Below, piece after piece: positions 24,001 through 36,567 of a DNA stretch of 64,000 nt. The notes below the pieces were generated by a model. The model was not told the origin of the DNA. It saw only the letters and a list, made by a program, of their open reading frames with translations, and did no database searches. The stretch is taken from NCBI GenBank assembly GCA_002633005.1, contig NMRA01000210.1:580178-644177 (forward strand), read 5' to 3'. The translations under genes and the position numbers were made by a program. This DNA is from Phoronis australis (Eukaryota > Animalia > Phoronida). Within the stretch, counting starts at the first letter, position 1, and each line of letters begins with the position of its first letter.

Positions 24001-24789
24001 AACCCTGATTCCTTTTATTTCATTGTTTTCCCTAAAAAGTACTCCTAGAATTTCGGCACACAAAATAAAAAAGACACGGAGAAATAGGGTCCCCCAGCTT
24101 ACAGCCTCTTAAAAAACCGTGAAGCTATTCCATTTTGCATGACGCACAGGCTTGATCCATAGTTAAGAATTTTAATCCATTTGAAAACTCACCGATGAGT
24201 TACAGATGGACGGCTAAGTGTAGAGTTATCGACATCGTGACTTTATGCGACAAACCGGCAATTTCTGTACCGTCCTTGACCTCAAACCGTCAAAGTGCGA
24301 GGTATGTGTGGGTTTTTTGGGCACTTTTTTGTGCTTTGACTGCGAATTTCTTGCGAACTCGCTGGAGCAGGACACCGTGAGTGGTATTTTAAGAAAGAAC
24401 AATTGCTCATGGTTTGTTGAACCCGTTTTGTGTAAATTTATTGAGTAACTCAATGATTGAGTTATGTGTTTGATATGGACGGCTGAATCGAAGCCCCTGA
24501 GGAAATTCTAGTCCCGAGTATTATATGTAGTGTATTGGGGACGATCAGAAGCTGAGGACGCCTGTGGGTGTACTCAGTGCCAGTGTAGGCTACTGAGTGA
24601 GTGTAGTGTAGGGCCCACTGCAGTACTGGCCCTACTAATCGGCTAATGCTACTGGAAAACACGTTTGCGTCTGCAAGTTACAGACGCCGCTAGTTTCTAA
24701 AACACATTCTAAGATTAATGACGACAATGCTGACAAACTTGCCTGGGAGGACTTCGCCTCATTCCACCACCACCTCCTCGTCTTGGCAT
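21051..24789 (-). CDS. CHCHD2: CHCHD2/CHCHD10 (Mix17-family) mitochondrial twin-CX9C protein, 138 aa, 4 exons
   Basis: Exons 24789-24743 (MPRRGGGGMRRSPP; GC donor), 22085-21938 (PRQPGMFANMASTAAGVAVGSAV), 21763-21553 (GHTIGHAMTG...CAYELQQFLNC...CSGFNEALKQCKTNY), 21061-21051 (GLQ*). Total 417 nt, with the hallmark hydrophobic helix and twin CX9C. Invertebrates typically have one CHCHD2/10 co-orthologue. Confidence 0.93.
22800..24195 (-). mobile_element. Degenerate L1/Tx1-clade LINE ORF2 fragment in CHCHD2 intron 1
   Basis: Minus-strand pieces FKWIKIL...GDPISP...CAEILGVLFRENNEIKGIRVGDHEIKLIQYADDTVFVL...FSKFSGLK and QPLWFNSNILI...WNEKGIRFVCDLY; multiple frameshifts and stops. Confidence 0.85.
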
Positions 24790-24973
24790 TATGAAATATA
24801 TATTTTGAAGCACCAACCAACGACGCAACCACCGTGTGTAGAAGCTCTTTCGTAACTGAGTCGTGTTCCTGACGTTCTAGAACAAGAACACGGTCTGATG
24901 CAATTTCTTGATTTTGATTGGTCGTTACTTCGGCACGCTCCCTCTGGCCGTTATAGGTACTACGCTTTCCAGC
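24790..24973. promoter_or_regulatory. Probable bidirectional promoter shared by CHCHD2 and CHEK2
   Basis: Divergent ATGs at 24789 (-) and 24974 (+) with 184 bp between them; reverse CCAAT box GATTGG ~24916; CRE-like TGACGT at 24870-24875; CpG-enriched. Confidence 0.65.
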
Positions 24974-27900
24974 ATGTCTCAGCCACAGTCACAGAGCCAA
25001 ACTCATAGTAGTGGATCTGCTGGGACTGGAGGAACAGCGTCTAGTGTGGAGACTTTACCGACCCAGGAACTTCATGAAGGATCGTATTCAGATGATGAAG
25101 TTGGACAGATTTCATTGTGGGGTCGTCTCTTACCGTTAGACAACTGTGCAGGCATTGGTAAACAACGCCACCACACGTCTTCCGACTAACTCAAACCCCC
25201 CGGGAGCTCATTTTCTCCTCAGGAATTAGGCTGGGGACATTCTTTTGCAATGTTATAAAATTCCAGCTTGTGCAATGCCAGCAGTAAACACTGAGAGTTC
25301 GTGACACATTGGGATATTAAAAATTTGTTGAATCCTATAACTGGGACATGTGCCAGGGGATAGATGAAGGTATGGGACATGTCATTATGACATTATGATA
25401 AAGTCTGCTGGGTGACTCTTTTCACTAGTTTCCTAACAAAAGGGTGTTTTTGGTAAAATTTTTTATCAAAAAGGTGCCAATTCCAACAAGTCCCCTGCAA
25501 AAGGTTTCACTTTGTCTTTTGTAGTTCGAAACTACAGAATGTTCCTTTTTCCAAATGTACAGAAGGGTTTTGATGTCAGTGAACATCTCCTTTACTTCAG
25601 CACAGCCAGTTTATTTATATTCTTTCAGGCACACCTTCTGTTGTAAGTTAGTGGTGTGTATAATTAGCTGATCAGCCTTGCTGGAGACTTTCAAGTGAAT
25701 ATATAGCTCAAGTATTGCTGTTACTCGACCAATTTTAAAAGAACCCATGAGTTTAGTTTCTACTCCTGTATTCAGATTACTTGTTTCCATCAGTTTTCAT
25801 GTTTCAAAAAGAAAATGGAAACACAGAGACTAGATGCTTTCAAGCCTTCTGTTTAGATCTATGATCTGATAAGAGACAGTAATTACCTTCACTGTGTGAC
25901 CTTGGTGAATAGAGTCACTTTAGTTATTGACTGATGACTAGCCCCCTAGTGAGAATGGAATGTGAGTAGAACTGGTCAGCTGACCATGTAACATTGGAGA
26001 AATTCAAAAGATTTCTCCAAATCAGTCCTGATCTCATTTAAAGGACATGTTTACAGCATTCTAATATGAAAGCTGTATTTTGCCCTTTTTACTGGCTAAA
26101 AAAGAAAATCAAATTGGTCTTGTGATATATTTCTGGCTTACTGTGATAAGGTTATATTTACCAATGAGAACATCACTAAAACTGCAAATTCAAGAATGCC
26201 TCATGTGGCCATTGCCTGGAACTTGAGTTGCTGGCTCATTCGACAACAATTCAAGATAGGATGAACATGGGAACGTCCGTTTGAGATTGGGTAACTCGAC
26301 CTGTTTGTGTACCTTGTAATCTGCCACATTGATCAGACACCATGCTGCTATAGTTAATTACATCGCCTCAGGCTGCTGGTGTTATCAATAATCAGACCCA
26401 TTATAAACACACAGGGGACGCCGATGGTATTTTTAAATTTTTTCATTTTTGAAAGTTTTTTTATAAAATTTTTGAATGGTTAGTGAAAAGTACATGTGAT
26501 TGTGTTTTGAATTTCGAAAATGGTACAAGAAAAGTAACAGTTTTACAAAGTAAAAGTTTTATATGTTGCCATATTATGCTCTTCATTCTGCTGGAGGGGC
26601 AACATAATTGGACCAATTACCAAGCCAGCAGCCAGCAGTTGGATTTTGAGGTAAGCCAAGTGTCATCATACAATTCTTGGTATGATGAATTGTGATCTGT
26701 CACCAATTTCGTATTCTGGTGTGTACTTTCTCGTGGCTAATTTTCAGATCTTTGCAAGGATGTCTACACATTTGGACGGGCTGCTGACAAGTGTGATGTT
26801 GCTCTTCAAATGACAAATGCGTGTTTCAAGGCCTACAGCTCTACACACTTCAAGATTCACAGGGTATCTATACACTACACTGGTATGCCTATAAATACCA
26901 AATGCAAATGAGTGTTACTAATTTAAACCCTAACTTCAACGGAATTTTGTTATTTTAGATGTATTGGTCTATCCAGGTTGTCCTAGCAAAGCCTTAGCAA
27001 AATAAGAAAACGCAAATTCAATCACACAAGTGATAGGAGAGGCTGCCGTATTGCATCACTGCAAGATTCCAGGCAAAACTACAAAAGACCGATAACATTT
27101 GTACAGAATAGAAGTTTGAATAGGACACCATTGCGTGCGGGTGTTATTCGCAACTGTTTGAAGGTGATTGTCGCAGTGATGTAGGCAATAGTAAGCCAAT
27201 ATGCCTAACAGTTCGTTACATTTGACAATTTATGGCACTAATGCACTCAGAGAGATGCTCTTAACATACTGTAGGAACCAAATGTCAGGGCTTGGAATTT
27301 TCCGCGAAAACGCGGATTTCCGCTTTTTTCAAATGTGCTTTCCGCTTTTTTTATAATATTTCCACGTAAAAAAATCGGATTTGATATAAAATTTGCGCGG
27401 CAAATTCCTTTCTTACCGTGGCGTTGCACACGACGTTCACCTCAAAAAGCGGAAGTTGCTCTTTATGTTTCGGAGGAATGTAAATTGTCAACATTGCCGT
27501 GGCATCTGGGACAGCGTGGTGGGATTTTCAATGGCGTCTCGTGTTATTGTTAAGCGCGGCGACAAATACTACCGCTTTGCGGCCAAAAATGTGTGGGTTG
27601 GGAGTGGATGGGCGAGCTAAAAGGACGCAGACGCATGCTACTGATGGTGGTAACGTTTTTTTTTTAGTCCTCCCGATTTTTGTCGGGGGAAGGTTCACAT
27701 TGACCATTTCAAGGCTGGTTATCGGGCATGATTTGAGAAGAACTGACACATTGCTATTACGGTTGAAATTCTCCAGTTTGAGACATTCTCGAAAATTTGG
27801 AACTATGAAATTCAGGCCAAAATTGAATCGTCTTGATTTTTATGAACGATTTTGGGTATTCATCATATTAATTCTCAAAATATTGGGACACTGCATTTTT

Positions 27901-30900
27901 TATCAACGGGGTCTGGAAATAGATTTGGTAGTGTCGACATCCATTCAGAGTCAAGTTGTTAACTGGGGTTTTGTACACCATGTCAGTCGGTTACACGTAC
28001 ACCCAGAGGGATAGAGCAAGGGTTTTATTTCTGCTTCCCAACAGTGTGTATGTATGTTTTGGTCATATAGGTGTCTCTGCTGGTAATTTTAAGCTATGCA
28101 GCATTTTCACAAACATTCAAGTCTGGTCTGCACACCACCTATTGGCCACATCACATCTATGTTTATATAGCTTTTTGTTGTGTGAGAGTTAACATTGTAG
28201 TATTCTGTTACAGGAATCCACCAACATGGGCATTCATGTATTCTTAACAGATCTCTCTAGCAATGGCACGTTCATCAATGGAGAAAAAGTCGGTAAATAA
28301 TGAAGCATTCCGCGTAGTTTTGCCTGTATTCTGAACACACCTCTCAAGTTAATCCATATTTACCAATGCAGGGGTGGATCCAGAATTTTGTTTTAGGGCG
28401 GGCCCTGGGCAGAATAGTAGCCAGGATTTTGCCCATCAGACATTTGCACCCCTGAACTGCCAAATGGAATCTGGGAGAATTTTAAGGATGGCATGACCCC
28501 CATGTCCCCCTACCCCTAAATCCGCCACTGCAATGGAGAAAAAGTGTAATTGACGAGAGATTTGTCATTTCCATTAATTAATGTCCTACTTCACAAGTAT
28601 TGACTTCTGTGTAAACTTAAATAGACAATGAGTGTTATGAGAGCCCGAAGTCCAATAACTGAACTTCAAACATAGTTTTGGTGTCGCTGTTTTACTATTC
28701 TGCGAAGTGGAGATGGAGAACTTGGATTTTGTGCTGGTTTACATTATGATTTGCTTAGATGAGTACACGGTTGAAGTAATACCTGGTGATACCTAAATTG
28801 AAGCCTCAAACTTGAGTTCCAACTAGTTCGAGGTAGAAATTTTTTTGGGGTCAACAAATGCAAACTTGGATAGTAAAGTCGTCTGCATAAACCATGTTCA
28901 TGAGAACAAAATCAAAGAAACTTAGTTATTGTTCATATTACGAATAGAACAGAAAATATGAAAACACAAACATATCTGGCCACCATGTAAGTTCTGTTGG
29001 TTTACAACAACTGACTGTAGCCGTGGTTTTTGGTTAACATAACAGTTTGTCGCATGATTTTGCAAGATCATGATTTTGTAAGGATTTTTTACGCTATGTT
29101 CATTTATTAGCAGAATTTTTTGGGTTTTGATAGTTAGTCGTAATGGATTAGTACATATGCAATAAAGCAAATATACATAAGATAGGCAGTAGATGAGTGG
29201 AGTGAAGTCGTGTTATATCTTTAGTGCACAGGATGAATAAACTAAAAAATATTGTATGAAAATGATTTGAGAGCAATATCTGTTTACAATGAATATCGTT
29301 TTTGTAGGGAAAGAGAACAGACAAGCTCTACAAAACAATGATGAAATAGCTCTGGCTATAAAGAAAAATAAAGGTAGGGAAGGTGGACTGTTTTATACCA
29401 TTAGCATGGCCAATGTCGTCTGCTTTGTATTCAAATTGGCTGTGTATTCAGTAATGATAATTTTATTTTGGCAAATGTGTATGGTGTAGTTGAATGGGAA
29501 ATGTCTTTGTCTATCATAAAATGCACTTTTATGAGATTCTCTGAAAGGGTTTAAGGTGGCCGTGAAGAAGCATGTCCATAAACATTGACTTGCGAAGTAG
29601 AAAGATGTTTTTGACTACCGCACTGTTCTTGTTTATTTTAGTCTTCGTTTTCATGGATGTGAATGCTAATGAAGACAGTGATTTACCTCCAGAAATCAGA
29701 GCCCGCTACAGAATATCCAAGGAACTTGGCCGGTAATGTGCTTTGCGTGATGCAGCAATAAATCATCGACAGCAATGACTGAATGTAGCTGCAACCCATT
29801 AAAATAATCTGTCAAAATAAAGTTTGTAGAATGGATGTTCAGCGCCACCTACAGTTCAAATGTGGTGTGGATTGAAGATGTAAAGCATTATGGATTTTAC
29901 AGCCTTCTTTAAAATTCTTCATCGTCTCATTCAATTACCCCTGTTGTTGGCCATGATTTTCACATCATTGTTCAAAAAATCAAACATCATCAAATATCAC
30001 TGGCTGTTCATTACATTTTTGCATTAAAGCAATATGAGAGTAACCTATTACAGTTTTATTTTCAGAGGTGCCTGTGGAGTTGTCAAACTTGCATTTGAGA
30101 AGGGATCATGTCGAAAGTTTGCTGTTAAAGTAATAACAAAGAAAAAGTTTTCTGTGAACAATCCCGCGGCTGTGGTATGTTTTCTTCAAAGTCAGGACTC
30201 AATACATTCGCTATTCATACATTCATACACATTATCAGACTCAAAATGGTCATATCACATGACCTAATAATTGCAATTTTTACCGGGGCTCCAGTTCCGG
30301 ATCTTATGCAGTCCGTGTATTAAAGGTGCTGGACCTAAGTTGGCAAATAAGATGGTTAAAATTCAAATTAAATCAGATTTTTTGTATGTCATACTTTGAA
30401 ACGAAGTATGGTCCTCAATCCAGGTGTAAAATTTCCTTAAATCTGTGTGTCCGTGCATTCTCTAACAATAATAAGAGAAAAAGTTTTATTCAGTGTTCCG
30501 AGAAAAGTTCGAAACATTGACAATCTAATTCCAATTACCTCAATTAAAACGTTATAGTTTCAATTCCAAACAATTCACATCCAACAAGAAAGGGTAAAAA
30601 CAAGAATTCAGCAACTTCAAAACACCCCAGCCCACTGAGCCATACAATTCGTTTTATCAGGTTGAAAAGAAATGTTACACGTGCTGTACAGTCGACTGTG
30701 CAAGGGAAAGCCAAGTTGATTTGAATTTAGGCCTTGTCTCTGTGTGTTTTGTAATTTACTGTGTAGTTGATCTGTTGTTTTTTTTTCAGAGTAACATCAA
30801 GCAGGTGATGAGCGAAGTAAATATTCTACGTTCACTAAAACACGTAAGGGGAAGATTTTTGTCTTTGAACTGCACACAGCTTCATACTTGAATCATATGC

Positions 30901-33900
30901 TGATGTGTGCAGGTGCATTGTGTTTCATCCTTGTTGGTCTGTCTGTCTGCTTATCTGCCTGTTTGCCTGTCTGTCTGTTTGTCTGTTATACACTTGTAGC
31001 CTTGAATCCATGTGTTTCTATCCAGGACCCGAGACAAAACTATGTCTTGAAGATTGATAAACTGATAAATCATGTCACTTGAAAAAATTTACTTAGAGTG
31101 TGCTTGCCAATTTGTTATTTTTTCAGTCAAGTCTCAAGTACAGTTTGGTGGTCTCAGGCCCTGGAATCTTACCGTTTTTTTGTTGTTTTTTTTTTTTTGG
31201 TATTGCGCCCCAGTAGGGTCTTTTACACTAGCCAATGTTCACCATATGTCTGCAGTCATTCTCTCTGGAGTATATTAACTATGGAGGAAAACCAGACCAT
31301 GGTTTTGTATCCATAGCAGCCATGGTTTTAGTATTGGCATATATTCTGGGCTAAACCACTGTTCCTCAATAGTACACAATTTATATGGCCTTGGAGAAAA
31401 GTAGACATCTCTCCAGGACTTTTTTAAAGCCCCATGCAGCGGGTACCCGATTGGGTTTAAATTCAAATTAAAGTAAATCAGGTTTGCAATAGTGAAATAT
31501 CCAACTGCTCTGAGAACTGTTTGACTTCATTTAGTCCTCAGAACAGCTGAGTAAAACTGTCCAAGTTCCGCTGTTAAATAAGGATATACCCACTCACAAG
31601 CTGGTGTTACACTACAAAAATGTATTGAAACACTTGTTTTAAATACCTATTCTGAAAAATGATGAAAATAAGTATACAGTTTGACTTGGAATGCACTCAA
31701 CCCAGCCAGTTACTTGTGTTCATTTTTGTAATAATAGTACTTAATAATGATACTGTTGGATGGACATTCACTTTTGAAAGCAAAAACAATAACATCAGGA
31801 ATGTTATTCCCAATGGTGACTGTGTAAAAACTGTGAGAAGAGAAAGTTAGGAGCATACGACATCTACCCGTTCATGGCTGAAATTTGCACAGTTCATACA
31901 GAAGGTTCAACAAGAAAGTAGTCTTGGGACAATGTTAATAGTGAGTGAACTACTTTCCTCCATTAACCTGCTGCAATACCAAGGGAGCTAATTTTTACCT
32001 TTTTTGAACAATTTGAACAGAATTCAGGGATGAGTTGCATAAAGCTTCATAAGTTATCTGCTGGATAAGTTTAATTGTTGCATGACGTCACGTGCGTTGT
32101 ACAACAACAACGTTACGCGTGATAATGCGACGTCATTGTTGCTATACGGCGTATAACTTTTATGCAACTGGGCCTTGTTGATGTCGTGTTGTTACCATTC
32201 ATGACCAATGTATTTGAGTTGGTCACAGCCCCCTCACGTGAACGAAATCACCACAGGTACCCCATTAGCTAAACAAAAGGGACGCATGGGACTTTAGTTA
32301 CTTATCACTGGTCAGTATCAGCATTTGTCTCGCCTTTTCCATTTTAGCCATCCATCATTGGCATAGAAGACGTCCACGACACGGAAGACTTTGTGTTCAT
32401 TGTACTCGAACTGGTCAAGGGAGGTGAACTGTTTGATAAAATAGTCAAACTGGGTCAGTTGTCCGAGTCTCTAAGCAAGCTGTATTTCTATCAGATTCTT
32501 CTTGCCATGAAGTACTTGCACGACCAGGAGATCACACACAGGGATTTGAAGCCTGAAAACATTTTACTGGCTACGGAGAATGATGAAACTTTAGTGAAGG
32601 TACTTTAAGCGTCATTGCTACTGTGACTTAATCAATATACCTTTACCGTAAATGTGTAGCGATCCTTTCAGAATTTTTAAACCAAAAACTAAATCTGGTA
32701 TTGCCTTCTCAATGCCAATTGACATCATTTCGATATTTGTAATACTACTCACAATGTGATGTTGAAAGTTCTTGGGTCCTGTCAGATGAATCCGCATTTT
32801 GCAGTGAAATTAATGGTAATTTGTTTCTCTAAAGAGTGGCTTAGAAATAATTTCTGCGAAAGTGAAGGTTTGGTTATGTCTCAGGCGAATTCAATGAGAC
32901 ACAATCGAGTATGATAATAAATTGAATTTTTTGACCGTCAGTTGCTGCTGTCTACAGAATGATGGTTAGGTGTACTTGAAGTCACATGATAAAGTTACTG
33001 CCTTGGGCCATGTAATGCATCATAAGTGTCACATAGAGAGAGAGAGTACTAACCTGCGTCACGGTTTATGACCCTTTTGTCCGCTTTCCTAATATATAAG
33101 CAGGCTTTCGCATATCCAGTGTATTTTTTTCTTGTATCATGGGCAAGAATTTTGGCATTGTCCCAGTTTATTATATGGTTGTATTTGATTGTGTCTCATG
33201 AAGTTCACTTGATATTTGACTCACAAATCGGATGATATTATTTAGTAAGAGTGGTTAATATGTCTTTGTTACTGTATGAAGACCTGCGCGTCATCCATTC
33301 TAAGACAAATATTACTGCTGCATAGTGAGTAGAGAATATTATTAAGGAACTGTAATGTACCTTGAAAATAAAAGGTAATTCATCGTTTGCATCAAAAACT
33401 TTACAACCCGTCCAATTATACGAACACAATGGAATGAGTAAAACAGAATACTAAAAGATTAATTCCTGGAAGAACAATACTATTTGTTACTAAACAAATT
33501 GATTATTTAGGCATCATAAAAAGTTGTATTTAGGTACTAAATATGACAATAGTACAGGTAGGAGCTGACTTTGAAATGTAAGGATGGATTCTCACGAACT
33601 GTTTCAGATGGACAAAAGGTGCATTGATCGTGTGTGGGTCCGTGTCTGTGTTCTACTGGCTACAGTTGTTTTACAGGTGACAGATTTTGGTCTTTCCAAA
33701 TTCATTGATGCCAATACCATGCTGCGCACATTCTGTGGAACGCCAAACTACCTGGCCCCAGAAATTCTCACCACAGCAGGAATGGGCAGCTATACAAAAG
33801 CAATAGATTGTTGGAGCCTAGGAGTCATTCTGTTTGTGTGGTAAGAGACATTTGGTGTCATAATTCTCATGTGTTCCTCTGTGACTGTATTGAACTCTTC

Positions 33901-36567
33901 TGATCATCTGTGTCAGTTCAATACTTTCTCCTTGCTCTTTAACATCTAAGCTTGTTTAACTATCTTGATATTGAGAACGACAAGATTTTTTACAGCAGAA
34001 TTTAACAATGTGGCAAGTCTTTACTTATTTAGCACACAATATCGCTGACAAGTAAAATTCTATTTCGACAAAAACAAAAATTAAGAACATTTTAGTATGT
34101 TACTGATGTGGTTTGTACTGTGTAGATTTCGTAACATAGCATTTGGTAATGTTTGTGTCTAGAAGGGTTGCTAGCCATTGAAAATATAGAAAATAACAAT
34201 TTTGGCAATTATTTTTGCGCTAAGTAAGCGGAGAATTACCTTATAATATAAGAACAAGAACAACGGTGAACTCCATGTCTGAATGGACGCACTAAACCCC
34301 CTCCATACACTAGGCGTTGCACTCGTCGACGAAATTGGTGTTAGCATAGCCATCACCTTCCCATTCACCTCTGATTATCAATGACTCAGCGCAGTTTCTC
34401 ATCTTTCCCGTTTGACACCGAGGTCTGTGTCTTGTTTCACATTTTACCTTTATCTCTCATCCGTGTCACTTCCAATGTTAAATTATCCAGTAAACAATTT
34501 AAGCTATAGCTTCGGTGCCCATGCAAATTAGGGTCTCCCATCTATCCACTGTTGCCCCTTAAACATTGTGGTGACTTTTGGGAAGGAGATAAATTATGAT
34601 GGCTTGAGGTAGGTCTAATCACCACGGTCCCCAGACGTTTTATAGCTTGGGACACTTAATTTGGCAATTATCTCTTTCATACAATTCTGATCACATGGGT
34701 CTCAGTTAGCACACCGGTCTTGCTTGACGAAGCCATTCTCTGCTGTCGGACTTCCGCATCACGTGACATTATAGGCGGAGCTATCTTCTTGTTTGGCGTA
34801 AGGTCAATGTTGAGACAGTCTTGTTTCAGAAATTTCAGGTTTGTTGTTGATCATGATTTCATGTTGGTGTTTTGTCATTTGCTTCAATTTCTCTCCCGTA
34901 ATTTGTTTCGTATTCTGTTTAATCCAGTCTAGCTGGCTACCCACCATTCACAGATGAACGTAAGGATATGTCACTCGTCAAACAAATCACCACAGGTAGC
35001 TACACGTTCCCGAAAAAGTACTGGAATAGCATTTCCACCCAGGGTGAGTAATGACAGATAGGCCCTTGTTGATGTTATTTAGTCATCCATAAGTGGTACT
35101 AGAATGAAAAGGGATAATTAAGTCTGGAATATTTCCAAACATACAGTGAACAAACTGATTACCCCCATTCATAGTATGGATGTATGCACACCAAAAATTA
35201 TTGGTGGTACAACTAGCCACAGTTTGGATATGAATTCAACAGCTCCATTGCTAAGCCAGATATCTGTGGTTAAGAGTTGAGAATGTTATTTGTTCGTGAA
35301 GTGATCATTTTGGCCATTATGGACAAACAAATCGAATGTAATGGATTGACTTTTTGTATGGAGACCTATGTCTTTTGTAAGTGAATCTTGACTGATATAA
35401 CATAGTCTGTAACAGTGGTCTGGTTACAGGTTCATGACTCTATATCCAGGGCTTGGAATTTTTAAGTGGATTTCCTCTTTTTTGGTTTTGATTTACTTTT
35501 ATTTAATTCCGAGTTTGCTCTTTTTCCATCTATTTTTTATCATTATTTTGACTTTATTCATCTAGAAACATTTACTTCAGTTAAATTTTCCGACTCAAAA
35601 ATGCATCACCTAGAAATTTTCCTTTTTTTGTCATTGGTCATACCAAGCCCTGTATATCTTTTGTACTGTCTGTCATTCACGATAGACCATAATGGATAAA
35701 CAGTGTCTTGCTATTCAATTTCAGCGATTGATTTGATCAAAGGCTTTCTGACAGTCAAACCAGAGAAGAGAATCAGTATTAATGGAGCTCTAGAACATGA
35801 CTGGTTTAATGATGATGTAATGAAGACTAAAGCACACAACCTTATGTATCCGGGGTCAATGCCTCCACCCACCATTTTGGTGAGCAACTTTGTTTTATCC
35901 TTTCTTCCCTTTAAGCCCTTTGTAAACAGGGAATGCATTCTGGCAGTTTTCTTGCTACTTTTGAATTGCATTACAATGAACCAAAGTTTCCTGTTACCAA
36001 ATCAACTTGTGATCTATACTGTTGGCTTCGGATTTGTGTAATGGAACATTGTAAGTGAGCAAACATATTATAAATTGAGCAAGATATTTATCTATAACCA
36101 CGAGTTAAATCTTCAAAGTCTAGTCTTACTATTACTGTTAGCAGCTTTCTAAAATTTGTCGCAAAGTGGTCTTGAACAAGTATTTGGCGTGTCATGGATG
36201 GTGGCACTGAAACTGACAGTGTTTGAAAAGATCACTTGCAGTGTTATAGCTTTACCATGTTTAACTGCTGCGACGACAGATGTATGTCGTTATTTATAGA
36301 TCTGTGGTGTTAGCGTTATGTTATGTTATTGAGCATGATGTAGAACAGGATTTTATTTCTATGGTGCCCAAGAAAACCATGAGGATGTGAAGTTTACAAA
36401 ATTATACCAGGCTATAAGAAGCCTAGTCTCTGCCTTTTCTGCTCTCATGTTCTAATCTGTCTCTATTGTCTTCACAGCCACGTAAACGTCATTGTGACAG
36501 TGCAGCTGCTGGAAATGCCAACAAAAGACTAGCAGCAGCTACACCGCCACCTCCAGGAAGAGAATGA
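24974..36567 (+). CDS. CHEK2: Checkpoint kinase 2, ~491 aa, 12 exons
   Basis: Exons 24974-25157, 26748-26863, 28214-28292, 29308-29373, 29642-29732, 30066-30174, 30790-30843, 32348-32599, 33677-33840, 34928-35043, 35725-35879, 36478-36567 (1476 nt, GT-AG, in frame). SQ/TQ region with ETLPTQEL (T68-equivalent); FHA (FGR...YSSTHF...[11 protein letters not shown]); kinase [41 protein letters not shown]; C-terminal NLS-like PRKRH. Confidence 0.95.
27286..27730 (+). mobile_element. Second, uninterrupted but 3'-truncated copy of the CAGGGCTTGGAAT element
   Basis: Homologous to 5188-5562 joined directly to 6641-6710, with a T run (27656-27666) where the HINE sits in the other copy. Confidence 0.8.
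28369..28530. mobile_element. hAT-like MITE (CAGGGGTGGAT...ATCCGCCACTG)
   Basis: Imperfect TIRs; CAATG duplicated on both flanks. Confidence 0.6.
30930..31260 (+). repeat. (GTCT)n-type microsatellite with probable old HINE-like remnant
   Basis: CTGTCTGTCTGCTTATCTGCCTGTTTGCCTGTCTGTCTG at ~30938-30986, followed by degenerate core-like sequence. Confidence 0.35.
32026..32175. repeat. Foldback MITE-like element
   Basis: AGTTGCATAAAG...AAGTTAT pairs with ATAACTTTTATGCAACT; internal TGACGTC/GACGTCA symmetry. Confidence 0.55.
35447..35652 (+). mobile_element. Short (206 bp) CAGGGCTTGG-TIR MITE with 6-bp flanking duplication
   Basis: TATATC|CAGGGCTTGGAAT ... ATACCAAGCCCTG|TATATC. Confidence 0.75.

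Noticed and set aside
27499-28014. 171-aa ORF in CHEK2 intron 2
   Set aside because: Runs from a MITE into flanking intron with no recognisable domain.
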